Source: Octopus sinensis (lineage: Eukaryota). From it: a stretch of 64,000 nucleotides of DNA. How positions within the stretch are numbered: the stretch's first letter is position 1; each line of letters starts with the position of its first letter. The notes under the pieces were generated by a model. That model was given only the letters and a program-made list of their open reading frames with translations. It did no database searches and was not told where the DNA came from. The position numbers were made by a program, and so were the translations under genes. Shown here in pieces: positions 52,065 to 64,000 of this stretch. Where the stretch lies: assembly GCF_006345805.1 (NCBI RefSeq), contig NC_042997.1, positions 24,056,001 through 24,120,000 of the forward strand. The letters are read 5' to 3'.

Positions 52065-52262
52065 TCTATCGCTTGATAACCAGTGTTGGTGTGTTTACGT
52101 TCCCGTAAGTTAGCATTTCAGCAAAAGACAGAGATAGAATAAGCAGCAGGCTTAAACAAAAGGAAAGTACTAGGGTCCATTTATTCGAAAAAAAAATTCC
52201 CCAAGGCAGTCCCCCAACATGGCCGCAATTCAATGACTGAACGAGTAATAAAATAAAAGAGT
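52065..52262 (+). mobile_element. SINE family B tail
   Basis: CGCTTGATAACC...GTGTTTACGTTCCCGTAAGTTAGC...CCCCAACATGGCCGCAATTCAATGACTG. Confidence 0.7.
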
Positions 52263-52359
52263 AAATACAATTCGGATGTTGTAGATCATGATTACATCGG
52301 AATTTAAAGAAAAAAAGGGGAAATAAACGTCGGCTATTTTATACATCTCAACTTTCTTT

Positions 52360-52516
52360 TTCGATTTTCTCTCCCTGTTTATTTCTGTGTTCCTTTCTGT
52401 CAAAGAGCGTAGGCTCAGAACGTAAAAGACTTTCTCACTTCCCGAGCGTGTTAAACTGATACATCTGTTTATTGTTTACACACCCATCTTCGTCTTTTGT
52501 TTTTTTCGTAAACTCT

Positions 52517-52521
<5 letters not shown>
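52360..52521 (+). mobile_element. Family H2, degenerate HHR copy
   Basis: CTTT-CTGTCAA-A-GAGCGTAGGCTC-AGAACGTAAAAGAC; ends in (TA)n. Confidence 0.75.
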
Positions 52522-52567
<46 letters not shown>

Positions 52568-52667
52568 GGTGCCCCAGCATGGCCACAGCTCATGAGCTGA
52601 AACTGGAATCAATCAATCAATCATAGAGAGAGATAGATAGATAGATAGATAGATAGACATACATACA

Positions 52668-52841
52668 CTTTTACTCTTTTAATTGTTTCAGTCAGTTGAC
52701 AGCACCCATTCTGGAGCATCGTCTTTAGTCGAACAAATCCACCCCAGGACTTATTCTTTGTAAGCCCAGTACTTATTCTATCGGCTCCTGTACCTAACTG
52801 CTAAGTTACGGGAACGTAAACACCAACATCGGTTTATATAT

Positions 52842-52877
<36 letters not shown>

Positions 52878-53008
52878 AATCTACTCACAAGCTTTGGTTG
52901 GCCCGAGGCTATAGTAGAAGACACTTGCCCAAGATGCCACGCAGTGGGACTGGACCCGGAACCATGTAGTTCCTAAGCAAGCTACTTACTACACAGCCAC
53001 TCCTACGG
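52668..53008 (-). mobile_element. SINE family B
   Basis: Tail 52668-52835, internal (TA)n, head to ~53008. Confidence 0.88.
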
Positions 53009-53471
53009 CTCTATTAAATTTTACTCCATAAACATACCAGTTCTGTAAATCTGTTGCTTCAGTGGAAATTTTGATATCGTTGTCGTTTATGGTGCATCTT
53101 GGATTTTATAGAGCGTTGTAGTTGATTGAAATAGCGGGAGTCATGGAGTGTACTTCCAGATCAGCTTTGACCTAACAAGCGTAGGTGAGACATCCACAAT
53201 CAATTCGTCCATTTCACCGTCAGCAACTACATAGCCTGATCTTTCATCATTCATTTACTTGCTTCAGTCATTGGACAGCAGCCATTCTGAGGCACTGCCT
53301 TGAAGTGTTTTAGTCGAAGAATCCAAACGGAGTATTTATTATTTAAAGTCTGGTATCTATTTTATCAGTTATTTTCCGAACCGTTAGAAAGCGAACGAAC
53401 GAACGCCTTCTGTCAAGCACGCATGCGCCAGACACCAACAGACACACACCACATACACACTGCGCGCGCGA

Positions 53472-53776
53472 GTGGAGGTACATGGCCTAGGGGTTAGGGC
53501 AGCGGACTCTCGGTCGAGGGATCGCGGGTTCGAATCTCAGACCGGGCGATGTATGTGTTTATGAGCGAAACACCTAAGCTTCACGCGGCTCCTGTAGAAG
53601 GTAACGGCGAACTTCCGCTGACTCTTTCGCCACAACTTTCTCTCACCCTTTCCTCCTGCATCTTGCAGCTCACCTGTGAGGGACCGGCGTCCCGTCAAAA
53701 TGGGGAACCTATAAGCCAAGTAAATTGGTAAACCGGCCCTTATGAGCCAGGCGTGGCTCGAGAAGAACAAACAACA
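53472..53776 (+). mobile_element. Family C-related SINE with a different 3' tail
   Basis: Head and centre match family C (GGTTAGGGCAGCGGACT...GAGCGAAACACCTAAGC...CCACAACTTTCTCTCAC). The 3' part ends CCCTTATGAGCCAGGCGTGGCTCGAGAAGAACAAACAAC instead. Confidence 0.75.
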
Positions 53777-53779
53777 AAA

Positions 53780-53957
53780 CACTGCGCTCGCACAACAGGC
53801 TTCCACAAAGTCTCTGTCCATCAAATACACTTGTAGAACATTGGTCGGCCGGGGTGCTGTAGTAGAAGATATCAGCCAAATTTCCACTTGGTGGAACTGA
53901 ACCCGAAACCCCATGGCTGCAAAGCGAGATCCTTAACCACACTACCATGTCTGCGCT
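53780..53957 (-). mobile_element. SINE family B head, diverged
   Basis: TTGGTCGGCCGGGGTGCTGTAGTAGAAGA...GGAACTGAACCCGAAACC. Confidence 0.7.
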
Positions 53958-55326
53958 TAATCTGTACCTCCAAAGACAGCTGCGAAAGAACTGAAACGTG
54001 CGTGGTTCCTATTCTGCACAACGATCAGAGAATAAGTAGAAAGTCCCGTGTTGGCTTGTGAATAATGTTTTATCTAGAATCTCGCGAGTAGACGTTCCAA
54101 CGCAAACGGCGACACATACTATACAAAATACTGCATATCTACCCCCTACCATTATCAACACCAGCATCCACCACAGCAACACTATCAGTGTTCTTTGAAT
54201 CTGTATAAAACTACATTTTACAGTGCTTTACGGTCGAACGCTCCAGCAATTTTCTACACCTTCATACAGACTGGCGTCGAAGGAGATTCTTTGTATCGCG
54301 ATCTATTCGTCTATTTATATGTATATATATATGTATATATATAGTATATAGTTGTTTGTTTGTATGATATGCTTGTTTTTTGTTTATTTCTTTCTTGCTT
54401 TTTTCTTCTCATTTTTTTTTTTTCTTTTTTACTTATCCATAAGACTGCTACCAGTGCAATATTTTATACATACAGCAAGTCACCGAACATAGGAATATTT
54501 GTCTCTGACTAAATGTTACAATATCTTCGTGTTTGATGTATGTGAACGTGCGTGTGTATATAGGTGGAGAGTGAGCATAGATGTACGTGCAATATATATA
54601 TATATATATATATATAAAAGTTAATCCAAACATATATATATATATGCATAGATACATGCATATATATATATCGTCTGTGTGTATACATAAATACATACAT
54701 ACATATATATATATACATATATATATATATAAAACATATGCATCTCTAAAATTTTCTGCACCCATGTAGATATGTGCATGTATGTATGAGTGTATAATAT
54801 GATACATACACACACACACACACACCACACACACACACAACACACACAATATATATATATATATATATATACTTATATATATATTTATATATATATATAT
54901 ATATGTGTGTGTGTATATGTAAACGTATATACATATAAGTATATATACGCATGTATGTATGCATGCATAAAAGTATATATATATGTATATACTGTGTACA
55001 CACACATACACACACACACACAGACACACACACACATATAAATCTATACATGCATGTGTGTGTATATGGCCGTCATTGGCAAACGACAGTAGCAATTTAT
55101 CAGAATATACAATGTTTTTACTCAATCATTTTTGGAACCTGTACACCCACTCTATCCTCCTTTCTTGACCAAGCAGAACTTTCATGATATGACAGCTGAA
55201 AGGAGAGTTGACTTTTGTGTGTATATGCACACTGAAACTCGTATGAGTTAACTCCAAAGATAGCTATGTAGGGCAGTTCCTGCGTAATATTTGCTTATAT
55301 ATATATTTATATATATATATATATAT

Positions 55327-55559
55327 ATTAATCAATATAAGGGTAGCAAAAAATGCAATAGAAATTTTTTTCGCCACCAGCGGTCCAGTGAGAAAGAGAA
55401 AATAGTCACAGACTATATATATATAATTTTAACAATATTAAGGAATGGCCCTGATAGGCCATTCGACTCACTAGAAAGAGCAGCCAAACTCAAACCGCTA
55501 AATAGTAGTAATTCAGAAATCAAAGGAAAATTAAAAACATTTACCCTTAATATTGTTTA
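55327..55559 (-). mobile_element. Diverged solo copy of part of the 480-bp array unit
   Basis: Minus strand AGGGTAAATGTTTTTAA...TTTGGCTGCTCTTTCTAGTGAGTCGAATGGCCTATCAGGGCCATTCC...CCGCTGGTGGCGAAAAAAATT...TTTTTTGCTACCCTTATATTGATTAAT then (TA)n. Confidence 0.8.
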
Positions 55560-55560
55560 A

Positions 55561-55630
<70 letters not shown>

Positions 55631-55845
55631 CATACATACATGTATGTGTCTGTGTGTTTTAATTTAATACAGTCATGAGTAAAGATGAATTTTCTCCGAA
55701 AGTGTGATGCTTGAAGTTTTGAAGTGTGTTAATATTGGTAATTTTTATTCCATACTTTAAGAAAACACCAGCTTTATGTCCTACTCTATATATTTTCTTT
55801 TAGTTCCTAATCCAAATGCAACATTTAGTTCCTAATCCTATGCAA

Positions 55846-56372
55846 GGCGTAGGAGAGGCTGTGTGGTAAGTAGCTTGCTTACGAACCAAATGATTCTGGG
55901 TTCAGTCCCACTGCGTGGCACCTTGGGCAAGTGTCTTCTACTATAGCCTTGGACCGATCAAAGCCTTGTGAGTGGATTTGGTAGACGGAAACTAAAAGAA
56001 GCCCTCGTATATAACTATATATATATGTATATGATCACGTCACGTGACCGACCAGTCCATCAGATGTAGTTACACATCGCTGGTCACAATGCGTTCGCAT
56101 TGTTTTAGCCTTCGAATGACGCCACCCCGCTGGCTAAGCGAGGAGACCATATATGTATGTGTGTGTATATATTTGTGTGTCTGTGTTTGTCCCCCTAACA
56201 TCGCTTGACAACCGATGCCGATGTGTTTATCTCCCAGTAACTTAGCGATTCGGCAAAAGAGGCCGATAGAATAAGATTAGGCTTACAAAGAATAAGTCCT
56301 AGGGTCGATTTGCTCGACTAAAGGCGTTGCTCCAGCATGGCCACAGTCAAATGACCGAAACAAGTAAAAGAG
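55846..56372 (+). mobile_element. SINE family B with family D element (56033-56148) nested in its internal TA tract
   Basis: Head 55846-56008, family D insert, tail 56150-56372. Confidence 0.85.
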
Positions 56373-57079
56373 TATATACGAAGCAGTTCTAACTCAAACG
56401 TGTTTTATAAAGGAAGAGAGCTGGAGGAGACTGACAATTTTCTCTTGGGGACTGTTTCCCAGATGAAAATACGTTTGCTTGGCCAGGAAAGCTGATCAGG
56501 AAAGAAATAAAAATTTGTCAGATCAGCGTCAGTAACTCAGATACACTATTCATGAGATTTGTTGGTCGTCATAGGGAAAGATAGTGTCACTAAAAACTGA
56601 ATGCATTTGAAGTGAAATTGCACATCTGAAGAAATGAAGAGAAAGCGTAGGAGGGGAACATTACTCTTGACTCAACCATTCACAATAGTGGCTTCGATCA
56701 CATGCAACATAAGTATGTTGACAGCTGGTCTGACAGAGTTTCAGAGGCTTGGTGCGTAAAATTTCATAGCAATATAATGAATGCTCACACTTTTAGTTGT
56801 AGATTGTGAGTAGGGCTAGTGGAGGGCTGAAGAGAACTAAGAAACTAGGTAAGCTAGTTGGCAGTGTGGGTATTGTTAACTACATTATCTTGTACAATCG
56901 GGATTAGAATGGCACCTGTCAAATATCGGTAGCATAATATACAACTCAAGGACATATTTGTGAGCCAGAATGGTACATTCAGAAAGCCATTCGGGCTTTT
57001 TTCTAATTTTGTGAAATAATAAGATAATAGCATTTTGTGAGGTGTTTTGAAGATGGTGGCTGTGTGATAAATAACTTTA

Positions 57080-57503
57080 GGAGTAGGAGTGGCTGCGTGG
57101 TAAGTAGCTTCTTACGAATCACATAGTTCCGGGTTCAGTCCCACTACATGACACCTTGGGCGAGTGTCTTCTACCATAGCTTCGGGCCGACCAAAGCCTT
57201 GTGAGTGGATTTGGTAGACAGAAACTGAAAGAAGCTCGTCGTATATAGATATATATATATAGTAGAAACATGTTACAAAAATATAGACCTGACACCGTGT
57301 ATCAGCCGGTGGTTTTCAAACGATGAATAGCTTTGCGTAAACCATGGTCCGTTTTTTTCTCTTATAATCATCTCATAATAATGACTTTTATGACTCGTAT
57401 TACTACCTCAGTGAATCTAAATGTATATATTTGTCGTTACCTGTCATAAATAGCCATTTTTTTTATTTGCAATATGCATTTTCGTTGATTTTTCATATTT
57501 TAC

Positions 57504-57561
<58 letters not shown>

Positions 57562-57910
57562 GCATCTTTCTGTTGAAGAGCGTAGGCTTGAAACGTAAAA
57601 GACTTGTTTTATTTATATTCCTGAGCGCCATATTAATACAATTGTTTGTTTGTATTCCACCTGCCTTCGTCTTTTGTTTATTTTCATAAAGCTTCCCGTT
57701 ATATATGTATGTATTATATATGTGTGTGTATATGTTTGTGTTTGTGTTTGTCCCACTAACATCGTTTGACAACCGATGCTGGTGTGATTACGTCTCCGTA
57801 ACTTAGCGGTTCGGCAAAAGAGACCGATAGAATAAGTCCTGGGGTCGATTTGTTTGACTAAAGGCGGTGCTCCAGCATGGCCACAGTCAAATGACTGGAA
57901 ACAAATAAAA
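57080..57910 (+). mobile_element. SINE family B split by nested insertions including an H2 copy (57560-57702)
   Basis: Head 57080-57243; tail 57730-57910. H2 motif TCTTT-CTGTTGA-A-GAGCGTAGGCTT-GAAACGTA-AAAGA at 57565-57602. Confidence 0.82.
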
Positions 57911-57929
57911 GTGTATTCCCTTTCTCACT

Positions 57930-58150
57930 GTCAAGTGGCGGTAAAGCTGCGAGATGAAAGAATCATTACCACACTGATGAAGATGCTTATCCGTATTTCG
58001 TCCGACTTTACGCTCTGAATTGAAATTCCCCCGAGGTCGACTTTGCCTTTCATCCTTTCTTGGTCGATAAACTAAGTACCAGATGAGCAGTGGTACGACT
58101 TACCCCGTACCCCCAAATGTGCTGGTCTTGTGCCAGAATTTGAAGCCAAT
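57930..58150 (+). mobile_element. SINE family A, diverged
   Basis: GTATTTCGTCCGACTTTACGCTCTGAATTGAAATTCCCCCGAGGTCGACTTTGCCTTTCATCC. Confidence 0.75.
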
Positions 58151-60565
58151 GTCAGCAGGCACATTTCAGTTACCCCCAGCTGAATTAAAATTTTTCAGAC
58201 TAGGCTTCTGGGACAAGTTCGTTAAGTATAACTGCCAGGTTCATAGAAGGGGTAATTTTTTTTCTTTTACTTTCACAGTATATTTAGGCATACTTTCAGC
58301 ATCAATAGGTGTAACTTTTTGCGATGACTGACAGTGTTTTCTTGAAATCCGGAAGAATTAAGATTCTAACTATACTCTTGTTTCCTAGTGTCTACCCTTA
58401 ATATTTTATAAGGTAAGATCGAGAGTAGGAAATTACATTTTCTGAGATATTATTTTTGAATTGTATCTGCACCAATGCTTCTCCAGTTCTGTTTTTTGCT
58501 TGTATTGCTTCAGGACTATCAACGTATCACAGGTTGAGTTACACTTAAGAGCAGAAGGATCAGTCCTGCCACTTGAGGACAATTCCACATGAGATAATTG
58601 CAAAAAGCAGTGTGCAGAAACGTTTCACCAAAATTTCATTTAAAAAAAATTTGCCAGTTTCACCAGGGTGAAGGGTAAAGAATCCTCCTGCCCCTTCTAT
58701 CATGAATGACCATGGGATTTCATTTAGAAAGTTCCCCTGCAAGGCACAAGTGCGGACAACGTTGTTTATGGAAGATCATCGGTTTCTCATGCATACCAGC
58801 CTCCCCTCTCCACGCCACCGATGTTATCGAAGGGAAAGTCAAACAGAGATACAGCTTGGCACCAGTGATGTCGCAACTCATTTTTGCTGATGCGTAAACT
58901 GGAGCAACGTGAAATAAAGTGTCTTGCTGAAGAACAAGACTCACAACCCGGTCCAGGAATCGAACTTACTATCTCATGATCGTTAGCCCGACGCTGTAAA
59001 CACTGAGTCATCAGAATCACAAAAGAACAGAACAATTAATCCGTGAGAATCAAATGTCGCTAATTTCTTAAACATTGTATAATTATTTTTATATGGAGCC
59101 TAGAGTAATTAATTTTGGCGAACATAATATTCCAGCTATTAGCTTGTTGCCTAAGGAACCACTTGCAGCTGTAGTTCGTTTTGGAGATGGCAGTTCTCGC
59201 TGATAAAAACTCTTGCCAACTGTACAATATTTTAAATTATCAGTTTTTGCTTTTAACTGGTTTGTACATAAGTGAAGTACATTTTGGGCGAGAGCACTCG
59301 ACAAAGTATGTCCTGTATTTCAAATAACGTTACTGGTAATTATTACAAACCTATTACTGAGTGCTAGATGAAGATCAGGCACAAAATGATATCAGTGAAG
59401 CTCTTCAGCTTGTTAGGAGAGTGTGACTCTGCAGCGTTTTCCATGTATGGATCCAGTTTCTATCGCCTTCCAACGAATATTCATTCCTGGCAAGCTAAGC
59501 TAGGCGGTATATTGTAGGTCCCAAACAACAGTTTTACAGTCATGGATTGGAATTATACCATAAGTACTGCGCATGCAGACTCAATATTACATCACAAACA
59601 CACACACACACACAATTATGATCTAATGATTGAAAATCTGCCTGGAAATGAGGTATTAGAAAGGAAAGAAGTTAAGGTAAAAAAAAAGTGGATGTAGGGA
59701 TCGAAAGAGTGATTAAGAAGTTAGGTTTCGGAAGTAGCTTAGATTAAAACTAGTGTATCATTGAACCCCATTCTTAAGGGAAAACAGTTTAATATGAATT
59801 CGGGCGTTAAGGGATGGACAAATGAAATATGGATGCCGAATAAGGATGTGAGCTACAGAGATATATGCAGAAGAATTCTATTTTGAAAGGACACATGTCT
59901 TGAAAATATGCAAAAAGGAAAAAGAAAATGAAAAAATTGAAAAGAGTAAAAAAGATGGTAGCTGAAGCAATGTTCAGAAAGGAAATATTTCCGAGAATTT
60001 TTTGCTAAGCAAAAAAGCACTGGGAGGAAAGAAGAAAATTTGAATGTCATCAGGAATGTATATGTTTTATAAAAGAATGGGAAAATCTATTAAAAACGTA
60101 TTAAGAGTTCAGAAGTTTCGAGTTACTGTTTGGGTAGCTAAAAAAAATGGTACAGTCTTATGTTTCTGGAAACAGGTGTCTCGAGTAAGAACCGGAACGC
60201 AAAATAATTACATTAAGGGTAGATAATCGTATTCCCTAAAAAGAAAAAAAAAGCCAAAAAACCCCCCAAAAAACTGGTTTTTTAAAATAGATATTATTCA
60301 AGGGGATCAGACAAAAAGTACTTTTGGAAAGGAAGAAAAAACACCGCAGAGTTCTAGGATAAGTTTTAGTTGAAGATACTTTAAATAAAATTCATTTAAA
60401 TAAAATCATACGTAAAAGGAGTAGGATGGGAAATACTTAAACGTAAGTGCAAAGACAATCTTAATACAAACATCCGCACAATCAGCGAAGCATCGAACAT
60501 AGCACCCAAACACAAAGAACTAAAAATAGGAGGCATACTGGGACAGAAAGAAATTTATTCATTAT

Positions 60566-61180
60566 TTCTATTTCTTTACTACCCACAAGGGGCTAAACGC
60601 AAAGAGGACAATGAAGGACAAACGGATTAAGACAAACGGATTAAGTCGATTACATCGACCCCAGTGCGTAATTGATACTTATTTAATAGACGCCGAAAGG
60701 ATGAGAAGCAAAGTTGACCTCGGTGGAATTTGAACTCAGAACGTAACGGCGGACGAAATACCTATTTCTTTACTACCCACAAGGGGCTAAACACAAAGAG
60801 GACAAAGAAGGACAAAGAAGGACAGACAAACGGTTTAAGTCGATCACATCGACCCCAGCGTGTAAATGATACTTAATTTATCGACCCAGAAAAGATGAAA
60901 AGCAAAGTCGACCTCGGCGGAATTTGAACTCAACGTAACGGCAGACGAGATACCTATTTCTTTACTACCCACAAGGGGCTACACACAAAGAGGACAAACA
61001 CGGACAGATAAACAGATTAAGTCGATTACATCGACCCCAGTGCGTAAATGGTACTTAATTTGTCGACACCGAGAGGATGAAAGGCAAAGTCGACCTCGGC
61101 GGAATTTGAACTCAGAACGTAACGGTAGACGAAATACCGCTAAGCATTTCGTCTGGCGCGCTAACGTTTCTGCCAGCTCG
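60566..61180 (-). mobile_element. SINE family A trimer (one head, three body+tail1 units)
   Basis: CTATTTCTTTACTACCCAC near 60567, 60762 and 60954; head at 61130-61180. Confidence 0.88.
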
Positions 61181-61196
61181 TTTCTGCCAGTAAGCC

Positions 61197-61410
61197 ATAA
61201 GCTGGTAGAATCGTTAGCACACCGCCGAAAATGTTTAGCAGTATTTCGTCCGTCTTTACGTACCGAGTTCAAATTCAGCTGAAATCGACTTTGCCTGATA
61301 TCCTTTCGGTGTCGGTAAAGTAAGTGCTAGTTGAGTGAGTACTGGAGTCGAAGCGATCGACTTAGCCACTCTTCGGATCTTGCTGGCCTTGTGACAAAAT
61401 TTGAAACCAT
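61197..61410 (+). mobile_element. SINE family A, head-to-head with the preceding multimer
   Basis: AAGCTGGTAGAATCGTTAGCAC...GAGTTCAAATTCAGC...CTTGTGACAAAATTTGAAACC. Confidence 0.8.
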
Positions 61411-61508
61411 TATTTTCGTAAGCCATCCAAAACTGGCACACCCATGCTCACTCATACACGTTCACACACACATACACACACACATGTATGTACGCATGTA
61501 TGCACAAA

Positions 61509-61543
<35 letters not shown>

Positions 61544-61574
61544 GCATATGAGTATGTGTGTGTGTAAATATCTG

Positions 61575-61780
61575 TTTCGAAATTTGCCGCAAAGCCAGTA
61601 ATTTCTGGGTAGGGGCTGAATTACATCAACCCCAGTACTCAACTGGTACTTATTTTATCGGTCCAGAAAGGATGAAAAGCTAAGCTGACCTCAGTGAAAT
61701 TTGGACTGAGACCATAAAAATGGGAGTAATACCGCTAAGCCTTTTTCGAGTATGCTAACCGTTCTGCTAGCTCACCGCTC
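61575..61780 (-). mobile_element. SINE family A, diverged
   Basis: CAACTGGTACTTATTTTATCGG...GATGAAAAGC...GCTAGCTCACCGC. Confidence 0.7.
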
Positions 61781-64000
61781 TTATGTGTGTAAATATTCAT
61801 ACATCGAAGTGTGTTTATATAATGCAACGTATGAATAAATTTATCAAATACTTACAAATATTCTTCTCTAGATCTAAATACACATACGCACTCAAGCACA
61901 CACACACACGCACATATATGATGGCGATTCTTCGTGCCCGGAGACCTTGAGAAGGAGAAGCAATATCTCAAGTGGCTATGTAAACCAATCCTTGAACGAC
62001 TTTGGCGTTGAGTCTGGCGTACAGTGTGCCCTTCTGGAGTCCCTGCATGCAGAATTAAGACTGCATCTACATGTACTATCCCGTTTCTCCTCCATCGCTA
62101 CAAGGTTTCTCATCCTGCTTGCACTTAGTAGTTTTAAAATGAAAGTCAGTCCGTGTAACTCGTTCCTACTCTCTACACTTGGAAGTTTGACCATAGTGGC
62201 TCAGCGGTCTAAGACGGTTGCAGTGACTCACAAGCTGTAAGCGTCACATTGAAATATATGTGTGCAATTTTAACATCGATTCAGTTTAAAACTACTGTTT
62301 TATTTTTAATTGAGTTTCGAATGGTCGTATGGAGGTTAAGGTTGTTAGAAATAAAGTTTGTTTGATCCCAGTCAATGGAAAAGAATTAACAGAGCCATCG
62401 GAATCTTAAACAACATCGCACAAGAAGTAGATGAAAGCGTATAATTCAATATAAAGTTACGAAAAATAGTCATTTCAAACTAGGTTGATAGTGTAATTAT
62501 ATGTAAAAATACCCTCTTTATACTGTAAGAGACAACAACGTATTGATAGCAATATAGGTGTTGGGGAGAAAAATGCAATGTAAAGTGGATGAATGACCGA
62601 AAGAAATACATTTTCTACTAATTTTGCAAATTGAAATCTAAATTTCTTGTTATTCGTTCAAAGTAGTTGAATTTAACTGTTCAAATTTCTCATTTATATT
62701 TGGGGATAGAAATTACATTTCACTATCCTGCAATTCGGTAAATGGCTATTGAACTTAAGTTCACTGATGTTGAGTGAAATAACCTCTTCTCAGCTACAAT
62801 GACAGCCTTTTATCTGTTCCAATTTCTCATTTACTTGGGGAGCTAAAAGAATTATAGGTCTGTAAGAAAGATTTCTGATTACTTCGGTAAAATCTGTCAT
62901 AGAATTCACAGAATTCTATCTGTTGAACTTATCTGCAGTCTCAATATCAAATAGCTATTACGTACTACTTCTCCCTCTTCAGTTCTCAAAATTAGTCTTT
63001 TGTGATTGATCGCTTAAATTTCTTTTGGAAATTTATCTCTTGACACCTTCGAAAGGTATCATCGGAGATGGATTACAATGTTCTTGCATGTGCGAGTATG
63101 CGTGCGAATTCCATCATTTACGTGCCATAATATACAACTACCCACTCAAACCAAGATCAGTTATCCTCAACAACTCATTTAAGATTTCAGAAGCATTTAT
63201 AGGCCTCATCAGTACTAACATTATTACAAGCATCATATCTTAAAACGATTCAAATTCCTTGAGGATACTTTTCCATTCTTAACACCTGCAACCTCTGTCT
63301 CACAAGTCATCGATTTCTTTCACTCAGAATATCGAACAAAGTTCGTATCGTCACTGGGCCACTGTCTCATCTACGTTGTATATACATCGAAAAGCAAATC
63401 AAAACTGACCAAAGAATGAATTTCTTCAGAAAACAGATTGACTATGATTTTACAATTTTTTTCCATGGTGTATATAATGACACTCTCCCGCGTGTTTTGT
63501 TACTCGCTTTCGTAGAGAAAAATATGATAATTGTCATGTCAGTTAGTATTACAATTATTCGGCATTCGGCTTTAATAGTCCATATTCCATTGACGCACAA
63601 AAACAATTTACTTTCTGTCAAGTTTTGGCCTCTAATGAATGTTGCTGTCCAGTAGTGTCTTCTCATGAATCGGTTATAATGTCTATAGAATGGTAAAGTA
63701 GAGTTACATCTTGTATTTTATCCATGTTTCGTATGTAGCATAAGGCTTTCGGTAAAAAGCGAGTTATTTCAATTGCTAATTTCAATAAGAAAGTGAATGA
63801 TATTGTATGGAAAACACAATACCGCTTCTTATGAAAATTTTTAGCGTAAGTTATATATACAGGTACCCAAAAGTAACCAGAAATATCTGTGGGACAAACC
63901 CATTGCAGTTTAGGCATCCACCACTAGACGACACTTAATGCGACACTCAGGCATCAGCCTGCCGACCGACATCCTCGGGTTGAATCGTACTATCACGTGG

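Noticed and set aside
61947-62240. GC-balanced block with 72-97-aa ORFs
   Set aside because: No motif recognised; could be an old LINE fragment or an exon, but cannot be supported.
63440-63920. hAT transposase relic (TDISG motif)
   Set aside because: Only a five-residue match; the surrounding translation does not follow the hAT pattern convincingly.

Overview
AT-rich, microsatellite-saturated eukaryotic DNA. The repeat families look like those of octopus genomes (inference, not searched). I found no supportable host-gene exon, and almost all ORF-track entries are microsatellite or repeat artefacts. The window is a nest of mobile elements: three or more tRNA-headed SINE families; 3' fragments of Tx1-like, R4/Dong-like, CR1-like and RTE LINEs; a decayed Penelope-like (GIY-YIG) ORF; two mariner transposase relics; a Helitron helicase relic with non-autonomous Helitrons; and several fold-back MITEs. 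There is one 100-N gap. The main find is four unrelated hammerhead ribozyme (HHR)-bearing non-autonomous repeat families. (1) A ~480-bp tandem array at 25564-26657 has one type I HHR per unit, a retrozyme-like or circular-RNA-like architecture. (2) A canonical minus-strand HHR at 26979-27063 points tail-to-tail into the same (TA)n tract. (3) A composite of tRNA-like head, (AAT)n and HHR tail, with an inverted copy of the tail at its 5' end, occurs at two loci. (4) A four-copy family has a non-canonical CUGUNGA core. All folds were read by eye and none has been computed or tested. Coordinates of degenerate repeats are approximate.
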